Assembly (NCBI GenBank): GCA_949358305.1
Contig: OX442314.1
Span: 29,760,001-29,824,000 of the forward strand
Reading direction: 5' to 3'
DNA: 64,000 bases
DNA from: Strigamia acuminata
Lineage: Eukaryota
The notes under the pieces were generated by a model, which worked only from the letters and a program-made list of their open reading frames with translations, did not search any database and was not told where the DNA came from. The position numbers and the translations under genes are program-made. Shown here in pieces: positions 26,961-39,703 of this stretch. Each line of letters opens with the position of its first letter. Positions within the stretch are counted from its first letter, which is position 1.

Positions 26961-29900
26961 CCAGCTTTGTCGTAATGACGACTCTTTGGAAGATGAAACT
27001 TTTCAGTGGAAAAAATATGGCTTTAGGAAATGTAAATGTTGCAAAAATTCATGTGTAAATTTAAGCTCTACAGTTTTTGTAAAGTTGTTGTAAAAATCAA
27101 ACAAAGATTAGATGAAAGAGCAAAATAGACAGAATTTAAGAAAAAAGAGTCGCATACAAATAAATTATTTTAAATTTTTGTTTTTGTAATTTAAAACAAC
27201 TGATGGTTCCTTTTATATCTTAACTATATAGAAGGCAGACTATCCTTTAAATCATATTTTATTTATTAAATTCAAAATTTTTTTGTGGAAGAAACTTATT
27301 TCGACTTTAGTATGCTGTTCCAGCGTTTTAGCAGTTTCTTAGCGAACGTTTGTCTTATAACTACAATTCTGTTCAAACCTGCTCAATACCCTGCACAGAT
27401 TCATGATACCCAGTCAAAGTCTCAAAGAGCGGGAAATGAAGAAATGCGCCATGTTTGATTTTCATGCACTTATTTAAGCGCAATTCGCACTCTCACAGGC
27501 GTGGGTGTACGTGTCTTCATGTTTTCTGATTGCTCCCAACTGGTTTTTTTTTATCAAATGAAAATAATATTATCAATTTTATCAATTCTTTCTGTGTAGA
27601 TTCCTGAATAATAAAAAAATGAAAATAATTTTTAAAAATAAAAATAATTTTTCAATATATTATAATAATCACAAACTGATGTTTAATATTTAATATTTAA
27701 TCTATTTTTTTCTTCTTTTTTATAGGTAAGTGATGGTTTCTTTTGCATATTTTCTTTTTCATACAAGACAGCTGAAGGTAATAATCATTTTTTGTTGTGC
27801 AGTGTTGCCCCTGTAATGCAATAGTTATTTTTCACTTTATATAAAAAAAAAATTTGCTTATCTTCTTGGAACATTTTTTCACTCATACCACTCTATAAAT
27901 TGGCAATCCTTTACTCAAAGTCTAAGATTAATAGTGATAGGTTAATAACAAGCCTATCTGGCTATCTTTGTGTGTTCATCCATTTCAAGTTACTTCGTAA
28001 ACTGTAAATTACAACCAGGAGTACGTATGAGTACACAGTTTGCGGCAGGTACTTTTTCCTTACAATTATGACATTTTTTACACTATATTTAGTGTAAGGT
28101 AAAAGTGTTAAGGTTTGGGTTGCGGTTGAAGTTTCGTGTTATAGTTATAAAATTAGACTTAACCTTATACATGTCACGTGATTATCGAAACTAGTATTGT
28201 CTTGTTAGCATAAAAAGAGATAACTTTTGTTTTAAATTGTTTTAATACAATGCTGCAACTTTATTGTTGTGAATTTAAATGAATTCAAAGCAGAAACAAT
28301 TAGATAAACCGTAACATGTGCTCCGCGAGTGAATGAAGCGGAGAATTCAAAATGGCGGCAAAAGAGGTCATTGATGATCCAAATTTTTAGTCAGTGACGT
28401 AAATAGTGGAATACTACCGGATTGGCTACGATATTTTCAGAAATAGTGTAAGCTCCAGTGGAGTTATAAGTTTTCCACTATACTTATAGGCATAACGGGA
28501 GTTTTATTAGCGAAAAGTACCTTTGTTACGGTGAGCATCGTCCATCTAATCCAAGATGGATGTCTAACAGGGCTACTTTATCCATAAGACCAACTAGGCA
28601 CAGTACCTAGAGCCTTCGAACCAGCAGCAGACTCAGGAATTTATGTTAGCGGGATTCAGGGGCGTTCATTTTACTTTTAAAATTATTAGGCCTAATATTA
28701 AGTTTAACGACCGGAATAGGGAAATAAACTGCGCAGAATGGAGTGCGCAGTATGAATTTTGCAAACCGGACCCGAACCATTGGTGCACTTTTTTCTGCAA
28801 TTTTTCCATTGTGCATTTGTAAAATCAATGTTGCATTGTTGCAATAATCTAAAAATCTTCTCCAGACGCCGCTGTTAACAGCACTTTCTCAGTCTAGTGC
28901 TGGCAAATGGCATTCCGCCAAAAAAGAGACGCTTTTTCCTATTTTGTCTCGATTTGCAAGAATGTTTTTTTTATCATTGTTTAAAATGCTGATTTATTCA
29001 TTTAATAAAGAGTTGTACGTTTTTTTGCCTCTTTAATTAATGAAAGTGTTTAGAAATGCAAAGATGTGTCGCGTGCATCCTCCGTCTATACTTGCACGAC
29101 CCATTAAAAGTTCTTTTACTTACCGGTTTTTAGGACTTTATTTATACAGTCGAAAGAGATAAAAATAGAAGAATAAAACAGGATTTTATGCGCGCGCAAC
29201 ATTGAACCGGCGGAATTTGTAACAAACGTCGTGCGCCTATTAATCTGTTGCTCTGTAATTCATGCGCGCCTGCGACGTTTGCCAGAACGGATGATGTAAT
29301 TGGGTAAAGGGATCTTATTGTGCGTATAATCGACTATTGCGTTAAAGCTACTCGCTCACACCATCTCACTTCCGGTTTTTGTTATGTTATATTTTTTTTA
29401 TTTTTTTTTTTTTGGTTTATTTATTATTATTATTTTAGTGAATGCGCCTCGTTTTCGTGATAAAGAGGACGCAGTGGAGATAGCAAAGTTTCTATTTCCT
29501 AACGATATGTCGTAAAGTGGAAACGGTCATTTTACTTTGAATTTTTTACGACGATTTAACGTTATTTTAAGAAATTGTGACGTCGTGCATCGTATCGTGC
29601 GTTTTTTATGATGATTAGACCTCAAATATGTATTTTTTTTTTTAATTTTTTTTTTTTTTTTTTTTTTGGGATATTGCGAATTTTGTGGGAAAATAAATGA
29701 ATCGAGTTTTGAATTTTGTGATGGAAAAAATGGAATTTTATTAGTTAGGGAGTGAGTTTTGAAGAATTATTGGCATTATAACGGTAGAAAAGTTTCCGGA
29801 GCACATTTTGAGGGTGGGGGAGGGGGGGGGGGTTAGAAATCCGAGACGGAAGATGGAAAAATGGAAAAGCCGAAGGGAGGAGGAAAATTTCATCAGTTTG

Positions 29901-30249
29901 TGGGCATCAACTGTTCAAAGTGAGACGAGGAAAGACGTTGAGTTTTGGTGGGGTTGAAGGTTTGTGTAATCAAATTTGAAATGATCAAAAACGATGGGTA
30001 TTGCGTGTATTGCAAGTGATGTAGTTTGCCCACACAGGAGTGTGATCGCGTATGAATGTTTTTCGGATATTGGGCTAGGTATAGAATATCCAAAAATATT
30101 TGCTCTGGCGAAGATTCTGGGCGGGCTTGGCGCGGGGGAAATGATTGGATATTTTTTTTTATTAAGAAATGTGATAAGGTAGAAAAATTAGGGTTTTTTT
30201 TATGGAAAAAAATTGTTTTCTGCATAAAACTTGCAATAGTATGTGCTAA

Positions 30250-30610
30250 AATGTTTTTTTTAGATAAAATAGTCTGTAGTGTATATCAAAAATGGATTTT
30301 TAGACGAAAAGAGGACGGGATTTTTGTGCAAAATGCGTTTTTTAGACAAAATAGATTGCAATTTATGCACAAAATTTGTTTTTTAGACAGAATGGACTGC
30401 AATTTACGTGCAAAATGCATTTTTTAGACAAGATGGACTGCAATTTATGTGCAAAATGGATTTTTTAGACAAAATAAATTGCAATTATGTGCAAAATGCA
30501 TTTTTTTTTACAATTGTGACTGATATTTATGTGCAAAATTAATTTTTTTGACAAAATAGTCTGTAACTTATGTACAAAATGGATGGTTTTAGACAAAATA
30601 GACGGAAATG
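30250..30610. repeat. ~41-bp tandem array
   Basis: tttttagacaaaatagactgcaatttatgtgcaaaatgca-like unit, about 8 degenerate copies. Confidence 0.8.
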
Positions 30611-31429
30611 TTAGTACACATTTCATATTTTTCGACAACAAAATTGCAGACGTATTTTCTGTTACACAAAAAGTTCCAAAATTACCACATATCTGGCTTT
30701 AAATAAAACACTTGTTATTTCTTCAAATAACACAAGAACACACTGAATTTTTAATTAGACTGTCACAGTCTAAAAATTGATTATACATTTGCACACTCTG
30801 GTGTCAGAACAATACATTAGATCAAATCATCAATACAACTTAATATAAAAACATTTTCTTGTGCGATTATAAACCAAATGTAAAAGTCAATTGTGTTTGT
30901 GTCCGACCTAGAGGGCGTTTGTTCTACATACAGTAAGTGCTCGGAATATTGCCGAACGTTTACTAGATGTGCGTTATTTGTAAATTCAAGGATGTGGTAT
31001 AAGATAGTTTGTGATAACACGAATTATAGATGAGCGAGGGAGCACACAGCGCATAGCAGGAATTGCCCAGAGGAAAAGCATTTGAGTTTTCTCAATGCAC
31101 AATCTAAAAAAGCAGAAAAATTTAGATCCAAACCGGATACTTCAGAGCTCTTGCCTAGTTCCTCTGGGGCACATCTAACAACAACAGCCGGCTTCGGTGG
31201 GTTGGGAGGTTTGCTGGCTGCTTTTTTGCTTTGCTGATTCTGAGGATTTTTTTCAAGAGGAAGATTCTGAAAGGGTGAGCTGTTTTAGAGGGAAAGGAAA
31301 GCAGTAGGTGGTTTATTTCTTTGACAGTCTAAATTTTGTGCTGCCAAAAAAATATGGTAAAGATAGTGCCAGTTTAATTCGGTGTACTGTATTGTGATGA
31401 TTGCGGTAGAGTAAAAGTTTACAAACAGA

Positions 31430-31860
31430 TAAAAATGCATTATTTTATTTGAAAATGCATTATTTTGTCTAAAAATGCATTTTTTTTTGTCTAAAAATAC
31501 ATTTTTTTTGTCTAACAATGCATTTTTTTGTCCAAAAATGCAATTTTTTTGTCCAAAAATGCAATTTTTTTGTCCAAAAATGCAATTTTTTTGTCCAAAA
31601 ATGCAATTTTTTTGTCCAAAAATGCAATTTTTTTGTCTAACAATGCATTTTTTTTTGTCCAAAAATGCATTTTTTTTGTCCAAAAATGCATTTTTTTTGT
31701 CTAACAATGCATTTTTTTTGTCTAAAATGCATTTTTTTTGTTTGAAAATGCATTATTTCGTCTGAAAATGCATTATTTCGTCTAAAAATGCATTATTTCG
31801 TCTAAAAATGCATTCTATGGCTTAAAAATGCATTCTATGGACCTGAAAATGCAATTTTTT
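31430..31860. repeat. ~21-bp tandem array, about 20 copies
   Basis: aaaaatgca(a/t)ttttttgtc(c/t) repeated. Confidence 0.92.
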
Positions 31861-34545
31861 CAGCTCATTATTATTTTATTTCCAATTAAAATGGATTTTT
31901 TTCACCTGCAAATACATTTCTTTTGCTTGAAATGTTAGGAAGATGTTATTTCTGAATATTCATGGCAGAAACGGATTTCTAGTCTGGAGGGACCTGTCTC
32001 TCAACTACTTCTTAGAACTTTAATTGAAAAAAGATCTAAAATTTTTCTTTTTTAAATTTTTTATGAGCAAAAAATTTGTTATTGAATTAAAGGACCCGTC
32101 AGCCTCGTGGGATCCGCCTCTTTCAAGAACTGCGTGAACCTATAAATATGCTCCTGATTCATTCCCCCCCCCCCATTGGAAATACTCTGGGGCCCCAAAA
32201 AACTTAAACTGGCTCCTCTTTCAATCATACAATAGACACAGAAGATACCAAAATTATTCATCTGCAACCATACAGAAGATCAATTAAAGAAACGGAAGTC
32301 GAAGTAGAAGAAACTTAAAAGTATTTTTTTTCTGTATCGTTCAAATAGAACTGATTGTTAGATTTAGAACATGGAAACTTCAAACCAGTAGTTTCAAGAA
32401 TTGGAACAAAAATAAGAATCCAAATTCCAATACCAGTTTTGTTGTTCTGTTACCTGTTATTGCCACATGGTGGCACATTTACAAATTTGACCCATGACTG
32501 TTAAAGATGGAAAGAATTTGGCACCATTGTTTCGACTGCTAAGAACCCAATTTAGAGCATCGATTAGAATGTAGGCAGTCAATACCGGTATGAAAATCAA
32601 TTCTTCGAGCAGAATTAAAATAGACGCATAAGTTTATATAGAATTCAATGGAATTGATCTTAATGATATTTCACAGTGCACCAATTTGCAAAGCACAGTT
32701 GGATGGAAATTTAATATCCATAATACCTATTTCATGTCTGATGCCAGCAGCGAATGCCAAAAAGGAAGGAAGTCATTATCACCTTTCCTGCAAGTTGTGC
32801 ATAGCTCAGGCATTTTTAGCCAGAAGGATTTTCATCTTACAATAGGCGAATCAACACACAGAATTGATGGTCTTATATTTCCTTTCCAATAGCTTCGGTT
32901 CCGGATTTTTTCCAATTTTCTATTTTTGAAGTCGAATCTTTGAATTGCATAAAAGTTTGCAAGGAAAATAATAATAAATGGGCCTGGGCGGTTGGAAGTG
33001 TAAAGAAAATATTATTGAAGACACTACACAAGCAGTTCAAATATACAATGAAATTATATTGCAATGTACGTAGTTCTATAAACGGCATTCACCTGCGAAT
33101 TAACTTAGTTTAATATCCTTTTATTAGTTTAAGTTAAATAAAATTCCCGGATCGAAGTTAAATCCGACTCCATTCGTTCTTCAAGATAAGTTTTGCGAAC
33201 TATTCATATATTTAAGTTAAGTGAGTAACTACACTATTATTTGTCAAATACAAATGCATTTTCAAATGTATTTTTTCAATTGTATTTATGAAGTACGTTA
33301 TTTAATGTACAAATAATACACTTAATTCCTGTAAAATGCTATAAATTTTGGGATGCATTAAATTAAAAGTGAAATATATTGTGAAATACATTTTCGCAGT
33401 ATCCCTTTAATTGCGTCATTTTTAATTATTGGAACTATATATATAAAAAGGATGTTTGTATTTGTCAAAAGCATTTCAGATGATAGTTTTTGATGTATGG
33501 GATGAGGATGTTGAAATTAACTGTCACTAGTGGTGATTTTCAAGTTTGAGTGATCGATCAATGGTGGGTTCTGGAAGAAATTGAAACCTTCCAATTTCAA
33601 GGTGGCTGAACTTTATTTCTGCTTGAAACTCCTAAAATAATATCTCATTCGTCTGCCAATTTTTCTATTTGCTCTCTTCACTGCAAGTTTAAAACAATAA
33701 TGATAATACACATCCTCCTACATTGTTTGCTCTTGCCTGCAAGAGCAGTTTTTAATTTTTATATTGATGAATTGGTAAACTAATTACGACAGTTTATTTT
33801 TACTCTGCTCAGCTACCAGCCAAGAAAAAAAGATAAAAAGCAGAAGACTAACAACAAAACATGTAATTAAGAGGAAGGAAAGTGACAAGTAAAGTAAGAG
33901 TTTTTTGTTGGGTATTTATTTACTTGGCCGTCTGCGTGATCTTAGTGCTTTCTAGGGCTGGCTTACTTGGCTCCCCTTCACAGTTTTACTGGTTTCAAGA
34001 AGATTACCAATTAGTGTGCGGCTGCGCGGGACACAAATGCCGCGCAGGGAACATTTAGTATGCGAGGGGAAAACTCATTTTGGCAAATAGTGAGTTGGTC
34101 ACTTATTTAATATCACATACAATGGAGTATTTTTTTGTTTTTTTTGGATGTCCAGACCACAGCTGGACTTGAAAAATCTCTTGCCCATTTGCTGTGGCTA
34201 TTGTAAATGGTAATGTGTTTTAATCTTACATTAGGTCTGTTCAAGTTCAGAAAGAAAAGCTAAATCTTTTCGCTCTTTTTTATGAGGAAGAGACTGTACT
34301 TTTGAATTAACGCACTTGACCCTTGGAGGCATAAGGCTATACGGATTTATGGACAAGGTCTTTCTTGAATAGGAAAATTTTATTTCCTATTTTTGCTGAA
34401 AATTTGTGATTTTTTTATGTCATACTGAACCTTAACGCAGGTGAAATTTTAAGTCGTTGGTCATTTATTTAATTAATTATGCTAAATGCAAATTTTCTGC
34501 CCCTTAAAACTCCAGCAAAACTATTGTGCTGGCTTTACTGCCTAA

Positions 34546-35164
34546 AGCCTAGTACTCATAACACCATTCCGTCCTTGGAATGGTAACAGGAATCAAAGTC
34601 TTAAGTTTCCTGCCAAGGGTGGTACTCATAAAAATATTGTTTAGACGCTGAATCACCCTTGCAAGTGGAAACGAATTGTTTCCGGCCCCGATGGTGAACG
34701 TAAAAATTTAATTGTTTCAGACTCTGAATAAATTTTGTCTACCCAGAATTCCCGTGTTTTTTATCTAAAATTTGCAACTGGTCACAGCCGGTTGCAATCA
34801 AAGACACCCAACTACTACAATTGAACACGTTGTTTGTTGAAGGTTAGTAGAATTATATTTTTGCCTGCATTTCAGACAAAATAAATGCTTTTTTAATTTC
34901 AAAAAGACCATATCTGATTTTAAAATTATTTAAGTGAGAAAAGTCGGACAAAGCTTTATTGCCATTGCCAGCCATTTGCAAAACAAGCAACAATGACTTA
35001 CACAGTTTAAGAGTACGGAAACTTTCTGGTGACAATTTCATGAGTACCACAAATTTATCAGACTCGGAATAATAAGAGGATAAAACATTCCGCTTGAAAT
35101 GGTGCTGTTGAAAAATTAAGACTGTAAAAATATTTAGACTCTGAAAGCGTATGAGTACTAGGCT
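34546..35164. mobile_element. PIF/Harbinger-type MITE, copy 2 (619 bp)
   Basis: Same 15-bp TIR as 3749-4361; 3-bp TSD TAA. Confidence 0.9.
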
Positions 35165-36338
35165 TAAGAAAAAGCGCTTCAGTTCAAAAATCAAAACGGC
35201 GCTTTAACTAATGCACATGAAAATTGTCCATAAATCCATAATGCCTTAATCGACACTGTTCAACATTGTTTAAAAATCGTGTGATTGATGGATTCAAGCA
35301 TCAAGAAAATCAGATGTTTCAGCCTCTGTTGTAATTGCTATTCTTGAGGCATAATGGAGCTGGCAGCAGACTTATCAAATGTCAAATTACATCTGCCATT
35401 TTTCCATCTGAAAAAAGATTGTTAATAGAAAAAAATATTTTCAGAACAGCTTATACCCAATCAATGGAAGCAGTAAAAACATTCCCTAATAATTTAGTTG
35501 AAAACACACCATTAAAATAATAATACTAATAATATTTCGACGTGTATATTATCTAGTTGAATGTTGCAACAACGCTAATTTCATACAAGACTTCTGCTTG
35601 GAACAATTTGAATAATCACAACATTAAAATACCATAAGCTGCACCTGCATCGGTAAACAACCACGAGTAATTCACACGAATATTACATCAAAGGGGAAAT
35701 AACTCTGGCGTTATAATATTTTAGGTTTTAATTGGAAATTATCTTAGTCTGGCATCTTTTATGAATTCGCATTCGCGAGAAATGTTTATAGGGAAGGTTT
35801 ATTTGATGGCATGGATGAATGTTGAATGCCTGCAGTGTTATGATGTCATATTTGCTTGGATGATCGCGCAGCAGTACAAACGTTGTGTGCTCGAAATAGT
35901 GCTGACACGGAAACGAGGCTTTATAACGAGAAAATTCTGTTAGCCCTTGCACTTTATATGGGCACAAAGTTTATACGTATTTCGCAAATCCAAGCGGCAG
36001 CAAAACTTAAATGATGCTGAGTAAAGAGGTATAAATTCCTTCAATTTGCCTGCAATAAATTCTCTGTTCCAATATGTTGTTTTTGTGCGGGGGGAAAAGA
36101 ATTGGCCATTAAAAATGAAAATTTATCGATTGTGGATTTTTGTTTTGTTTGCGAATTGCTATTGTTTGGATTTTGGTGGGGTTTCGTCGAGGCATAGTTG
36201 TAATATTTGTTAACTCAGGATTTAACTATCAAGGGGGTCTTGGGGGTTATATCCATCACATTGAGTAATGGAAATATTTTATTTATATGATCAAAAATTC
36301 ATTTTTTAAACGAAAAATTCATTTTTGAAACAAGAAAT

Positions 36339-37497
36339 TGTCACGGTCCGGTGCTCACGCGTACGAGTAGTACGCATTGTTTCCCCCGTGTTGTGTTCCT
36401 AATAAACCCTAATTGTGTTCCTACCTTGTATTGTTTTCATTCTGTCTTATGTTTAGCCAAATTCTCCTCATTTTCCCTCATTCCTTCCTTTCTTATCTCT
36501 TACTCACTCCTAACTCTCTTTTCTCTCTCACTTCTCTCTTATCTCTTCCTAGTTTTTCTATTTCTGTTTATTGTTTTGATGCGAACTCATTTGCATTTCT
36601 ATTCTGGTCAGTACGCGTCGACGTTAGTCATACACTTAGTATGCACCGACTGTACTGATTGGCTCTTGACTCTTCCGTGATTGGTTGAGCTTGGATGAGT
36701 CCAAGTTTACCTTTCACCCTATTTTTCCCTTTTTCCCTCAGTTAAGCTCTGTATCCCGAACGCGTAGGTGCTCTTTGGAGCCAGTGCTCATGGCAGAGTC
36801 TTAGCTCACTTCACAAAGCTCACTTGCTGCTTTGTTTCACCTAGTAGTTCTGAGATATGACTCTAGGTTTTCACCTCATTATTAACAGTGTTAGCTCACA
36901 CTTTTATCCACTTGAACCTGTTGTTTTTCCGCTTCCTTTCGTGTTGTTTTAAGCGCCGTGACGCGTCGCTATTTAGGCAGGATAAGTTTGTTTGGCTTTC
37001 AAACTGAAATCTTTGTGTCTATTTATTTCATGCGTCCGGCGCGTAGCTTAGTTTCGCCGCTCACAACGAGCTTTAGCTTAATTAAGCATTAGTTTGAGGT
37101 TTAGTTAGGGATTTGCGTGACCGTGCAGGCCAGTTACGCACGCGTTAGCACGCATTCCACGCTTCACTTCGACAGCGAGGCGGACGCTTGTGAGTCGGGA
37201 CGTTACGTGTTTCGTTTAACTTCGTGTGATCTTGTGATCTGCACGATACGTTGCGGGACGCGCGTTGGGTCTTGACTCTGGTGACCGCTAAGCAAATTCT
37301 GTCCCCCCATTTTAGTAGCTCGGAATACCCGGCCAAAATAAATATTCGTGTAAAGATCGGGATCTGGAGTGTGTGCTACCGACATAAGGCGTGCACTCAC
37401 GGCTGGGCAGGTCTCGAGGACCAGGCTCCCAAGATTTTCTGTATCGCGGCGTCTTTCAAACGCGTCCCAAACCGCTCGGGAAACGCGATTCATTACA
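36339..37497 (+). repeat. 5' LTR of element A (~1159 bp)
   Basis: Starts TGTCACGG at a sharp composition change and ends ATTACA two nt before the PBS. No second copy in the window, so the left boundary is inferred. Confidence 0.72.
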
Positions 37498-37499
37498 CG

Positions 37500-37517
37500 T
37501 GGTGCCGAAACCCGGGA
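37500..37517 (+). promoter_or_regulatory. Primer-binding site, tRNA-Phe
   Basis: TGGTGCCGAAACCCGGGA is the 18-nt complement of the eukaryotic tRNA-Phe 3' end. Confidence 0.92.
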
Positions 37518-37675
37518 ACATTCCGAGTTTTTCTAATTGCTGCCCATATAAACTGCTTTTGCAGTGGGGTTAGCAATTGTTTTTGGAAAAACTAAGGTTT
37601 AAGTGGCGTTGTTATTCGCTACTTTTTAAGCAGTAAGATCATTCATTTGAGTCACTGCTATAGTTTCTGTCTGTC

Positions 37676-39703
37676 ATGGCGGAAGGAGGTCATCTTGGTG
37701 ATGACTCTACAAGTGTGTGGCCCGACTGGTTGCGTCGGGCGGGTGAGCGGCTTTACGAACCTACGCCGCGCCCGTCTGACTCCCAGCCAAGGCCCAAGTC
37801 CGTGCATGGCGTTCCCTTGGCGGGGGATGGTCGGCCGCCATCCTACTCGCAAATACACGAGGGTGCTGCAGTTGCAGAGATGGGGGCCTCCACAACAGAT
37901 GGCTGCTATCGCCCCGACACCTCCTCGTCTCTGCATGAGTCTCGAGTGGATTTTTCAGCGTCAGCGGTGTTGACTCCCCCGGTGCCGAGAAACCCCACCG
38001 CTCCTCCGGGATTTAGTCCGGAGGATAATGCTGCTAGAGAGGAAGTCCAACGTGAACCAGATTGGTTGCGTTATTTACAGCGAGCCGAGCTGGCGCTGAA
38101 TGAACGCGTTGTTCGTACAATGGAACAGTTTAGTCATAATATCGACTGCAGATTGGTACATTGGAGGAATGAGACTCTAGGGGGGATGAGGGATGTAGTT
38201 AGGGAGGAAATTGTGGCTCTAACCGTGCAGCCCGTGGAGGAGGTTATTCCACCTGTTCAGCAGAGACCTCATGACACTCTGCCTGGCGACGGGCCTCCTC
38301 CTGGGCAGGATCAGGGGCCGAGACCGGTCCGCTCACGTATCCTGACGCCAAGTGAATTTGACAGACAAGCTTTAGCAGGAGAAGGGGGAGCGCCGGAGAA
38401 TATAAACCCCCCGCTACCCCCGCGAGAGAGGCCATCGAACGTGACAGCCCAACCGGGCTCGCAAAGATACGCTCCGTCGGAGTATGCCAACAGTGAGGTT
38501 ATGAGGGACATAATTCGTTCCAAATCCTCGGCTGTCAGCCTTCCTTCGACGGCAAGTGTTGATCGGGCAGCTGCTGCGCGCGGAAATTCAGTCAATTCGC
38601 GTCTCCGGCAGCGGACTTATCCGCCTATACCGGCCCCGCCGCCGCAGTATGATTTGTCGCATGTGAAATCGGAGAGTGTGCCGAAGTTTGATGAGACGGA
38701 CCTATCTTATAATGCTGTTGAGCGATTCCTGGCAAAATTGCGTGCACATTTTGTTATGTCACGCGTGTCGGAGGAGGCGTATATCGACTTGTTTATACCT
38801 TTGGCCTTGGGCGGGAAACCACTAAATTGGTTCCTGCGCCTGCGTCATAAACCTAAAACATGGAGTGAATTTGTCGTGCGCTTCCGTAAGGTGTATTCCC
38901 TGTCTGAGGCTGACGCGGCAGTCTTCTTACAAGATGCGTGTCAGGAAGTTGGAGAGGATACGGCAGAGTTTCTGTGTGAAATGAGTCGTTACCTTGAATT
39001 GACAGGTGTGCTAGGGGATCGGCAGCAGTGGAACTTGGCTCAGCATTGGCTGCAGCCGCAGATCACCGATACGATGGTCCGCTATGGCGTACATTCCATG
39101 TCGCGAGCGATAGATCTGGGTCAGGTGGCGGATCGTGAGTTGAAGATGCGTGCCCTTCAACACCGTAGATTTGACGAAAAAGGGGTTCGAAAAGGCCTAG
39201 TTCCCGCTCCCGAACCCAAACCTAGGAAAGCTAGGGTTGAGGAGACTAGGAAAGTGGAACCGGCTAAGACAGAGAAACCTCCACCACGCCTCCAGTTTGA
39301 TAAAAGAAAATTGGTCGCGTTGGCTGAGGTTTTGGGCTATCCGATGGCGGATGGTGACGCGCAGAGTGTCGTCGGGCAGTCCCTGAGAAGTGAACCTCCG
39401 GCGCCGACACGGGTAATCAGTGCCCCTGCAAAGGCCCCGGAAGCAAAGGTTCCTCCGGGTGTCGCGGTGGCATTGTGTGGCCATTCCGCTCATTCTTTTG
39501 CCAACACTGCTAGCCCTCCCAATTTAGTGTTACCACCCGGAGCTGAGTGGGTACGAAATCGCAAGGATCGTTGGTATATGCGTGATATTGAAAAACGCAT
39601 TGCTTTATGTCCCCATTGCTTCAAGCCCTGGCAGTTTCCGGGAAACGACCTGGGTCCGTCGACCAACCCGTCCGAGAAGGCGGCGGACCCGAAACACAAG
39701 TAA
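37676..39703 (+). CDS. gag: Gag-like protein of element A (675 aa)
   Basis: First long ORF after the PBS; retrotransposon capsid-like core (FLAKLRAHF...ALGGKPLNWF...TWSEFVVRFRKVY...QEVGEDTAEFL); Pro-rich flanks; no canonical CCHC knuckle. Confidence 0.88.
   Translation: MAEGGHLGDDSTSVWPDWLRRAGERLYEPTPRPSDSQPRPKSVHGVPLAGDGRPPSYSQIHEGAAVAEMGASTTDGCYRPDTSSSLHESRVDFSASAVLTPPVPRNPTAPPGFSPEDNAAREEVQREPDWLRYLQRAELALNERVVRTMEQFSHNIDCRLVHWRNETLGGMRDVVREEIVALTVQPVEEVIPPVQQRPHDTLPGDGPPPGQDQGPRPVRSRILTPSEFDRQALAGEGGAPENINPPLPPRERPSNVTAQPGSQRYAPSEYANSEVMRDIIRSKSSAVSLPSTASVDRAAAARGNSVNSRLRQRTYPPIPAPPPQYDLSHVKSESVPKFDETDLSYNAVERFLAKLRAHFVMSRVSEEAYIDLFIPLALGGKPLNWFLRLRHKPKTWSEFVVRFRKVYSLSEADAAVFLQDACQEVGEDTAEFLCEMSRYLELTGVLGDRQQWNLAQHWLQPQITDTMVRYGVHSMSRAIDLGQVADRELKMRALQHRRFDEKGVRKGLVPAPEPKPRKARVEETRKVEPAKTEKPPPRLQFDKRKLVALAEVLGYPMADGDAQSVVGQSLRSEPPAPTRVISAPAKAPEAKVPPGVAVALCGHSAHSFANTASPPNLVLPPGAEWVRNRKDRWYMRDIEKRIALCPHCFKPWQFPGNDLGPSTNPSEKAADPKHK

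Noticed and set aside
31285..31765. 140-aa and 96-aa ORFs
   Set aside because: Produced by the 21-bp tandem array.
37500..37517. tRNA genes at the PBS positions
   Set aside because: Only 18-nt complements of tRNA 3' ends including CCA; no cloverleaf.
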